Source of the DNA: Paragordius varius
Taxonomy: Eukaryota; Animalia; Nematomorpha
Assembly (NCBI GenBank): GCA_964247055.1
Contig: OZ176052.1
Span: 4,464,001 to 4,528,000 of the forward strand
Direction: 5' to 3'
Length of the DNA stretch: 64,000 bases
The notes under the pieces were generated by a model, which searched no databases, was not told where the DNA came from, and saw only the letters and a program-made list of their open reading frames with translations. This document shows, one piece after another, positions 54,973 through 64,000 of this stretch (position 1 is the first letter of the stretch; each line of letters starts with the position of its first letter). A program made the position numbers and the translations under genes.

Positions 54973-56199
54973 ATTAATGGAAAGGGGAAATATAAAAGAA
55001 AGGTTAGATGAAAATGATGCTTGTAAAATGTCTTACCAACGCGCCTTTACACCATATTGTGTCCATAAAATGAAAATATCTTCTTATTTAGATTTATTTT
55101 TTGTGTGCATAAAGATAATATGTATTTGCTTTATTAGGAAATATTTTTATAGTTGTGAGTTATATGCACACACAAATTATATAATCATGGATGCCGCGTT
55201 TTGTTATATTTATATAATCATATATATAATTATATTAATGACTAACATCTGAAAATCAAAAATTAATAATAATTTTATTTTATATATTTTTATTTATATA
55301 AATATGAGCAATAAATTATTTAATCTATATATTTATAAAAATGGAAAATGCTGGCTTTGTGATCTGGTACCGGAAAACCGGTAGACCCATTCAAATCCAA
55401 ACTTCGATAAAATATAATCATTAATGAATGCCCCGACAATAGCTTCGCCCTTTTTTTAAAATAGGCCCCCAGTTCGGGCCCACCCCGTGAGAAAAACGGT
55501 TTTTTTTGAAAACAAAAGTCCACAAAAATCGTGTCTTTAAGACAATCTGGAGAACGTGTTGGACCATTCAAATTTAATTTTTGTTTATTATTTTCGATTG
55601 CACCGAACATAGTCGTCTCGCTTTTTTGATTTAGGCCCCTTTTTTACCCGTGGTTTATTTTGCATTATATTTAGCTAATGCACTCTCGTTTTTGTTAAAC
55701 ACCTTCAGATTTATATATAAAATAAGTAATATAAAGTTTTTTTAATAAATCTTTTTTTATATTTCCATGCAATGATGTCATATAAGTGCAAACTTTTGCA
55801 ATAGTTTTAATTTATTCATATTTTATAAATATTTAATCATAGGTAGGCCTGTGGTCACCAACGACCCTAGTTTGAGTCTCAAGACTGAAATGAGTGTGTT
55901 GCACCCAAGTGTTAAGAAAACCAGTCCATTTTAGAAGGGCAGACTGTCAGAGGCCACATCTAAGAATTAAATTATAATATTTGATTTTCATCGGTAGTTT
56001 ATGATAAATTTTAGTGATATTTTTTGAAATGTAGCATTAAGCTTTCAACAAAAATATAATGTACAACAATGGAAATTTTCTGATGTGGAGTACTTACCAC
56101 AAAAGTGCAAATAACCTTTTTATATCCCACATAAGGACCAAATGATTAGCATATTAATAATCATAATACATTTTTCTATCCAAATGAATTCATACATAT

Positions 56200-56720
56200 A
56201 TATATTCCTATTTTTGGACGCATTGTAATACGTTCTATTAGGACAACCAATGTATTATCATTTATATATAAGATTATTTTGGTTTATTCAAATGCAGTAT
56301 AGTTATGGGGAATCTAGTTTGTCAGGATTGATGTAGTTTTCGGATAGGCCGAAAAGAGTAAAGCCATTGAAGAGTGCTTGGTGCCGAAGGCTATTAAAAG
56401 CAGCAGCAATATCGACCCATATTATGTACAGCGGAGATTTGCCCTGCACAGCTGTTTAGATTTACCTTCGATTGCATAATCATGCTCAAAGCACCTATCA
56501 TAGGGAAGGCTATTCTTTTGTTTGTGAGAAATGGGATTATTTTTATTGTTGTATTCGATGATACGATCTGATATAATGGCTGTAAAAATTTTAATAGTAT
56601 TTGTAAGCGAAATTGGACGCCACCCTTTGATTCTCCTAATTCAAATCTTTGTTATTTATAAAAAAGACTGTTTCAATAGACGAAAAACGTGGCGTCTTAT
56701 CCTCGAAATCGACTACCAAG
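56200..56720 (-). pseudogene. Decayed RT fragment of an RLE-type (NeSL/R2-like) non-LTR retrotransposon
   Basis: Minus strand IKGWRPISLTNTIKIFTAIISDRI...SHKQKNSLPYDRCFEH, then WVDIAAAFNSL after a frame change. Confidence 0.8.
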
Positions 56721-56789
56721 AAACAGTATTTAACTTAAATCTGTGATTGGACGTATATTCATAATATAATCCACATGTGGAATCACATC

Positions 56790-57480
56790 CAATGACAATA
56801 TTTTAACCATGGAGCTGATCCTGTCAAAAACAAGAATTAATAAACTCCAAAAATTGCAAAGCCACCTCCCCTCCGTCAATAGCGCCTTACTTATAAAAAT
56901 GGTCAAAATTAGTTAATAATCAGCTATCAATAATTACCTCAACCATAAACGCATACCAAATGCCCGAAAATCTTCCATCTCGGTTCCCAAAAAAACAAAA
57001 ATTTGGGCTAAATCGAAGGGTAGGTCCAGTCTCACTTACAATACTTATTTAAAACTATCGGATTATATAATATAATAAAATAAATCACATTTCTCCCAAA
57101 AGGGCTTTCCCTATGATGGGTGCTTTGAGCACAATTGTGTAATTGTGAGAGTAAAATCAAAACAGTTATGCATAGGTCACTGTACATAACATGGGTCGAT
57201 ATTGCTGCTACTTTCGAAAGCCTTTTACCCCAAATCATCTTAAATGTTGTCCAATTAAATCAAAACAAACCCCATTGCTATCCGGTATCAAACAGGGTGA
57301 TCGACTATCTAACACTTTGTTCAATATCGCCGTTAATTCCGCAAGAGAAAATGATGCTGATGTGGCGTGTATATGCCCAAACCCATATCTTTATTTAGCA
57401 GCGCTTGATCGCCGGTAGAAATTATCTTCGTTAATTCCTGCTAGAAATAAAATAATCCATAAGTAATATTATTAGAGTAA
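56790..57480 (+). pseudogene. Decayed RT fragment of the same RLE-type family
   Basis: PYDGCFEHN, LYITWVDIAATFESL, GIKQGDRLSNTLFNIAVN and a degenerate (Y)AD(D)VAC motif. Confidence 0.75.
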
Positions 57481-57727
57481 TCCTTCAAAGTAGCCCAATT
57501 TTAACCATATTTCTTATAGCGTTTCTAAATCAGGGATGTCTAACACGCTTTTTCGGCACGTTCTAAATAACGTTAAAAACATAAAAAAGTGTATTTCAAT
57601 CAAAAATAACAATAATTAGAAGATATATCATCCAAATGGGCTCAAAATAATGTAAAAAACCAAAAATTAGCAGCCACAAAGATATTTGTGTTGGACATCT
57701 CTGTTTTAAACAGGACGTTCTCTGTAA

Positions 57728-58152
57728 CGGCCTGTTGAAGTGAGGATAACCGATTCTTATATGGTACTGTGGTATCGATTATGAAGCAGGATGATCCATC
57801 AGTGACGACCAAGTCCGGGCGACGGAAAGGGTCAACTTCTTGATTCTCGCTGATGACTTGGAAGTTTTCTGGTAACGCCTCCTTATCCGATTTACTATTA
57901 AATTGTGTCTCTTGGTTGGTAGATTGCTCTCTTTGAAGCAGGTCGTGTTTCCGAGAATTGGTGGGGAGAAGATTGAGCCTGGCGCGATAAATGAATTTCC
58001 AAGCACAGAATCTCATGTGTTCTCCTGTAAAAAGAAAAGAATGGCTGGCTCGATCGGCAGCTACGCATTTCATTACGCGTCCTTGCAGGGCGAAGTGATG
58101 GAGTTCTACATCTTTTAGCGCACACCGAGTGCCTCTGAGCATCGCGACTACG
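57728..58152 (-). pseudogene. Inverted partial copy of the RLE-element 3' region, with a 62-nt deletion of most of the CCHC knuckle
   Basis: Reverse-complement match to 58460-58944; retains RRPDLVV. Confidence 0.85.
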
Positions 58153-58459
58153 AAAAAACTTTGTATTATACAAATCTGGGGGCAGAAAAGGGGAGTCAAC
58201 CGGTTGATTCTTGCTAATAATTTGCAAGCTTGTTTTCAGGGCATGCTTGATTACGATCAACTATCAAATCATGCCTTCGTTATCCGACTGCTTTCCTTCA
58301 AGCAATTATTGAGAACATGGGCAGTTGTGAAAATCCTAACGTTATAAACCCTAAAAACAAAGCTCAAAACCGTTGGACCGGGTCACAAATCTTCCCAAAT
58401 TTTGAAAATATAGTGGGGATTAATCATCTTTAACATTAATATATCGAACAACGTTCTGC

Positions 58460-59250
58460 CGTAGTCTCGATGCTCAGACGCACTCGGCGTGCGCTAAAAG
58501 ACGCAGTCCATCACTTCGCCCTGCAAGGACGCGTAATGGAATGCGTAGCTGCCGATCGAGCCAACCATTCTTTTCTTTTTACAGGAGAACACATGAGATT
58601 CTGTGATTGGAAATTCATTCATCGCGCCAGGCTCAATCTTCTCCCCACCAATTCTCGGAAACATGACCCATCTCTAAAATGTCGACGATGTGGCAAAGAT
58701 AACGAAACACCCGCCCATGTTCTCAATAAATGCTTGAAAGAGAGCAATCTAATAACCAAGAGACACAATCTAATAGTAAATCGGATCAAGGAGGCGTTAC
58801 CACCAAACTTCCAAATCAGCGAGAATCAAGAAGTTGACCCTTCCCGTCTGCGCCCGAACCTAGTCGTCACTGATGGATCATCCTGCTTCATAATCGATCC
58901 CACGGTACTATATGAAAATCGGCTATCCTAACTCCAACAGGCCGCAACAAACAAGCTCATCAAATACGAATCAATCGCCATTGGACTGAGAGAGCGCTTC
59001 AATGATGTCGAGGTCCCGATCGTCGGATATCTAGGCTCCTGGCACTGCAACAATGGCATAATCTTCGAGAAAATCCCATTCAACGCTCCAAACCTTTTAA
59101 AGAAGCTGATCATATCGGACGTCATCAAAGCATCGAGCGATATGTTTCACTTCTTTATGAGTGGACGAAATGAAACAAACAACAACCCAAAACCGCCTAC
59201 CGATTGCTTAACCAATGAAGCATTACCAAATTACACAATTCAAATATGTA
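58460..59250 (+). pseudogene. 3' end (CCHC knuckle and restriction-like endonuclease) of a NeSL/Utopia/R2-like retrotransposon
   Basis: QGRVMEC...RFCDWKFIHRARLNLLP, CRRC...ETPAHVLNKC, RHNLIV, RPNLVV...IIDPTV, KLIKY and VGYLGSW. One premature stop at 58929-58931. The 3' boundary is approximate. Confidence 0.85.
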
Positions 59251-59524
59251 TGCATTATAAAGATATTTTTATATTATGCAATATGCATCATTGTTCTTAT
59301 AATACGACCTCTTACAAAACCCATAATATCAAATTCATTTAGCTATTGTGATCTTGGATTGTCTATCCTTCACCAAAACGACAACCAGGTATTGCACTAT
59401 TTCCTGTGGCCCAAATTAATTAAGCTTCTTTTAATAATAATCTATAGAAAACATAATATATGAACCATTTCGATTTATGTTCATAAAAAATTGATATTGT
59501 TGTATAAAGCGTTACTATGCGTGT

Positions 59525-60300
59525 TTAATTAGAAACTTTTATAAATATGGTAAAATTGAAGTACTTTGAAATAGACAAGATGGGTCTTTTTATTTCTATT
59601 GTCAATGGTAAACTGATAATTGGAATTAGAATAGAAGGTGACACACTTGGAGGAATTAACAAAAAGACAATTTCTACCAAGGAGCAACGATCGGCGCTGC
59701 TTGATGAAGATATGGGTTTTATGATAAACACGCTATATCATCCGCATACGCAAGTATTTGGTGACCATTATATAACATTTATTTAAATATAGGATTGATG
59801 GCGACATTAAATGAATTGTTATATAATGGACAGCTGTGTTTGATGCCGGATAGGAATGGGATTCAGTTTGTCAGCACATTGGAGGCAATGAAATCTGCAG
59901 ATGAGTTTTATATGCGTTTTTAATGAGATTGATGTAGCTTCAGATAGGCCAAAAACTGCAAGACCATCCAAGAAGGATTGGTGTGAAATAATATCGATCG
60001 TGTTGTGTACAGTAGAGATTTTTGCACAGTTGTTTTGATTTTATTTTAAATAACATAATTGTGCTTAAAGCACCCATCATAGGAAAGGGGAATCTGATAT
60101 ACGTTAGTGGTTGAAGTAAGTATTGAGAATAGCTAAAAGAAATTTACCATTATCATCTACTTTTAACCATTTTGATTTATCCGTTATTGCCGGAGTTGGC
60201 AGAATCAGCTTTATCATAAAAACATTAGAAGGTGATCGCAATTAATTGTCAGGTTGAATTTGGTTTCTTGATGGTTTATTTTACTAGGCTGGGCGGGTGT
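59525..60300 (-). pseudogene. Third decayed RT fragment of the RLE-type family
   Basis: Minus strand PYDGCFKHN (~60050-60085) and ILAYADDIAC (~59730-59760); nucleotide similarity to 56900-57480. Confidence 0.7.
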
Positions 60301-61139
60301 AGGAAAATACAAATAATTACATTTTTAATAGTAAACCTTAGGCAGAACATCGATTATATTGTTAAAAAGCCATTTTGACAACTACTTATATACATTTAAT
60401 TGTTTTTTAGCTTTGACATTATAAAACCAAAATAAAATCTCAATAAACGAAGTACATTTATGATAATTTTACTTATTATTTACATTATTTATAAAGAACT
60501 CCCTAAAGTGTAATATAATTTTCATATATGTATATATTTATATAAAAATTTTGAACCGACCCATCGTGCACTGGCAATTTGCTATTATTTCATTAAATAA
60601 TTGATTGGGTATCATAAATTTATAAAAAACGTAGAGGTCATATCAAAAAATATAATATTCGCATAATTATCCCTAAATTTTTATTTTTCTTCCAATAAAT
60701 ATGTAAATAAGATGCGATTGCAAACATATCTATAAGATTATTCATTTTTTATTAAAAACCACTTATCCGATTTTTGAAAAAATATTTTTGATAAAAAACT
60801 TACACTGACCCACGACGCAACTAAACGGCTGTCACTGAACCACCATTGACTGATGTATGGAAGGGCAACTAGGGACGTCTTTGGACAGTGGCGAGGTGGA
60901 ACTGCTACACCTTAATGTTTAAAATAAAATATTACAATATCCTGAATCTGACAAACACATATCTGATGGCCTTTATTTTTCCATCAATATCATCCACGTA
61001 TCCAGAAAAGGGTGTGACAGGCTTACTCCATACCGTCACTGTCCGCACAGGACGACCCTTACCGCCTTCCTACGCTTTTACGCGCCTGAGGGCAGGGGGA
61101 CGTCAATCATTCTTCAGGGCTTCTAACTAACAAAGATAT

Positions 61140-61376
61140 TCTATGGAACGTATTATTCTGCAAAAATTTTGTAAAATTAAAATGGCGGCGGAGTAGTTTG
61201 ACATGGAACTTTTCAAAACAAAGCTTGATTTATATGTTTTGGCTTATTTATATAAATTTTATTAGGATAGAAGTATAAATTTAATTTGGGACCGTTTCCT
61301 TTAGTATTTTTTTAAAAATACTAACTTTATTTAAGTCTGGGGTATTTAGATATTCCAATTTGAATCGGAGTGTTAA
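61140..61376 (-). mobile_element. Partial piggyBac-type MITE family 1
   Basis: Reverse-oriented left end CTGGGGTATTTAGATATTCCAATTTGAATCGGAGTG|TTAA. Confidence 0.7.
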
Positions 61377-61705
61377 ATTGGAAAAATATGATCCTCGAGT
61401 TAGAAAAAAATTCTATATAATGAATTAATTCGTATGATTATCATTTCCAAAAAAATATCTCTATTTTAGCCTTAATATATGAAAATTGGTTTTATGTATT
61501 CTTTTATAGTTTCTACGACAGCGCATTTGGTTCAAATTTAGATGTGGGTTTTTAGGTTATAAAAATTGTTCTATTTAAATGAATGAAATTCGCATGCAGT
61601 ATAAGGTAGAGAACAAATTTGTTAATTTTAAATTTTGGCACAAAGGCATCATCAAGCTCTTTAAAAAAATAAATTATGAACTTTTTACTTGACTTAGTTT
61701 GCATA

Positions 61706-62253
61706 TTAACACTTGGATACAACACACTCATTTTAGTCCTTCGATTCAAATTGGGGTAGTTGGATACCCCAGGCCTGTAATCAAATACTTAAAGAAGTAT
61801 AGAAGGAATCAAAACCTTGCAAAATTTTGCACTTATATAACATTATTTAACCGAAATATATAAAAAAAATTTGCCAAAAATACTTGATATTACTTTAACG
61901 TGACATGTGTCATATTGTAAAATTAAAAAATAATACAAAATAAACCGCTTTTTTTATTTCTATCAATGTTAAATGTAATTTATTTAAAAAATTAGCTTTA
62001 GTTTTACCCTTAAAATTAAATGAACGATATTTTGTAAAAGTTTTGTAAAATAAAAATGGCGTCGAAGTAGTTTGAGATGGAACTTTTTTTTCAAAACAAA
62101 ATTTTATCAAGCTATTTTGGCATATATATATAATTTTTATTAGATAGAAGCATAAATTTAAATTGGGACAGTTTTCTTCAATACTTTTTTAAAAATGTTA
62201 ATTTTAATTTAGTCTGGGGTATTTAGATACCCCAATTTGAATCGAAGTGTTAA
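61706..62253 (-). mobile_element. Full-length piggyBac-type MITE family 1, reverse orientation
   Basis: TTAA flanks at 61706-61709 and 62250-62253; both termini are present. Confidence 0.85.
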
Positions 62254-62734
62254 GGTAGTTGAACGCTGTTTTCAAAGTTATTATCAAACTACGTAATAGA
62301 TAAAAAAGGTTATATTTTTACAGTTTCTAGCTGAAATTAGGACAGTTCTAAAATACGATTAAAATAAAATAAATTCATAAATATTAAGTTTTTGTTAATC
62401 TGAAAGCTTACTTATTAATTATTTACATTTAACCATAAGTATATGGCTCTTGTTTCAGCGATATAATGGCGGCGAAAAAGTTTGAGATTATGATTTTTTA
62501 CTTTAATTTTTTTGAAAAATATATGATGCGCTTTAAAAATCAAGAAAACATAAATTCGGCTTAATATCCAAATTTTTTAAGATATTTCAATTTCGAATCG
62601 TTCTGGAATATAAAACTATTCCAAAGGGTATTGAAGTGTTAAAATAATGCAAAACAAAATAAAATAAATGGTTAGTACTGTTATAAATTCATCAGGTTAT
62701 CATGCTGCTTTTGGTATAGCCCCTTACGAGTGAT

Positions 62735-63500
62735 TAAACACTTGGAGACAACACATTCATTTCAGTCCTTCGATTTAAATTGGGGTAGTTGGATACCCCA
62801 GACCTGTTTAAAATTAAATTCTTTAAAACATATGGGAGGAATCAAAACCATGGCAAATTGCACTTATATAACATTAATAAACCGAAATATATAAAATATT
62901 TTATTCAAAAATACTTGATATTACTTATTGTAGGCTCAAACCAGAAGGTAAAAATTTCGTCAACGTGTGGAAAATGGTAAAATTAAATACAAAATAAACC
63001 GCTTTTTCTATTTCTATCAATTTTAGATGTAAATTAAATAAAAAATTAGCTTTAATTTTACCCTTAAAATTAAATGAATACGATATTTTGCAAAAATTTT
63101 GTAAAATAAAAATGGCGTCGAAGTAGTTTGACATGGAACTTTTTTTTCAAAATCAAATTTTATTTAGATATTTCGGCTTATTTATATAATATTATTAGGA
63201 TAGAAGCATAAATTAAAATTGGGACTGTTCCCTTCAGTAGTTTTTAAAAAATCCTAACTTAAATATTGTCATTTAGATACCCCAATTTGAATCGAAATGT
63301 TAAAATAAGTAATATCAAGTATTTTGAAATAATTTTTTTATATATTATGGTTTTTTAACGATATATTAGTGCAAAATTTTTCCATGGTTTTGATTCCTAC
63401 CATATTTTTTAAAGAATTTAATTTTAAACAGGCCTGAGGCATTTAACTACCCCAATTTGAATCGAAGGACTAAAATGAATGTGTTGTATCAAAGTGTTAA
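62735..63500. mobile_element. Reverse full-length MITE family 1 copy (62735-63303) abutting the 3' half of a forward copy (63304-63500)
   Basis: Termini and TTAA junctions at 63300-63303 and 63497-63500. Confidence 0.75.
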
Positions 63501-64000
63501 TTACCATTAAAATTAATTGAGGACGTATATAAATGGCGTCGAGGTAGTTTGACATGGGACTTTTTTAATCGAAGTGTTATGAATGTTTTCTACACTCCTT
63601 AGTAACTGCTTCATCAGAAAATAAATTTGCGTACATTTTGATCAAATCTTTTTTTGGTGCAGCTTCGAAAAATATCACTAAATATTATAAATTACATATA
63701 AAAAGCAAAACAATATTTTTGACGCTTCTTTACCATTAACTTTTCTTGTCCTAGTTTGACTTTTGGGGTAGTTTTAGAGCTAAATTTTGTAAACTACAGT
63801 GCTAAAAGTTATTTTAGCAAACATTTAATTATCAAACATTGTTCTCATATATCAAATAATAAACTTTATATTTTTTACAATGTGTTTTCTATAGTCTAAA
63901 TTGGGACAGCCCCAAAACACAATTAAATCGAACAGCTGATATTAATCAATATGCATCAAGTTTTTGCTGGTAAATGTAGCCTGAATTTTTTAAGTTAATC

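Noticed and set aside
59290-59302. TGTTCTTAT after the RLE element, resembling the U2 snRNA target used by Utopia elements
   Set aside because: Only 9 nt match in AT-rich DNA, with no further U2 sequence on either side.
63570-63625. Other CTGANGA motifs (63613 minus, 61113 minus, 26263 plus, 8083 plus) as hammerhead candidates
   Set aside because: None has a credible stem II followed by GAAA together with a pairing stem I.

Overview
A very AT-rich eukaryotic (invertebrate-animal-like) genomic window with spliceosomal introns; no prokaryotic features such as operons or CRISPR. Four host genes were reconstructed by hand: an orphan coiled-coil gene (2842-9970, +, 6 exons, two apparent 1-nt frameshifts), a 25-exon USP4/11/15-family deubiquitinase (26602-11248, -), a single-exon class A peptide-receptor-like GPCR (34726-33203, -) and an 8-exon DENND1/connecdenn Rab GEF (45503-54972, +). 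The remainder is largely transposon-derived: a hAT transposase copy, nested hAT and Harbinger-like elements, an abundant self-nesting TTAA (piggyBac-type) MITE family, a tRNA-derived SINE-like repeat, and RTE and NeSL/R2-like (RLE) retroelement fragments. The most notable signals are: (1) 23- and 24-nt GT-AG introns in the USP gene, with strongly degenerate 5' splice sites across all three spliced genes (G at +5 in only 5 of 36 donors), suggesting unusual splicing; (2) a minimal type I hammerhead ribozyme inside a 71-bp inverted repeat that would lock it off; (3) a ~1.4-kb-arm palindrome with an RTE fragment at its centre, directly upstream of DENND1. All gene models, alignments and identities come from manual reading, not computation, and the species cannot be identified from the sequence alone.
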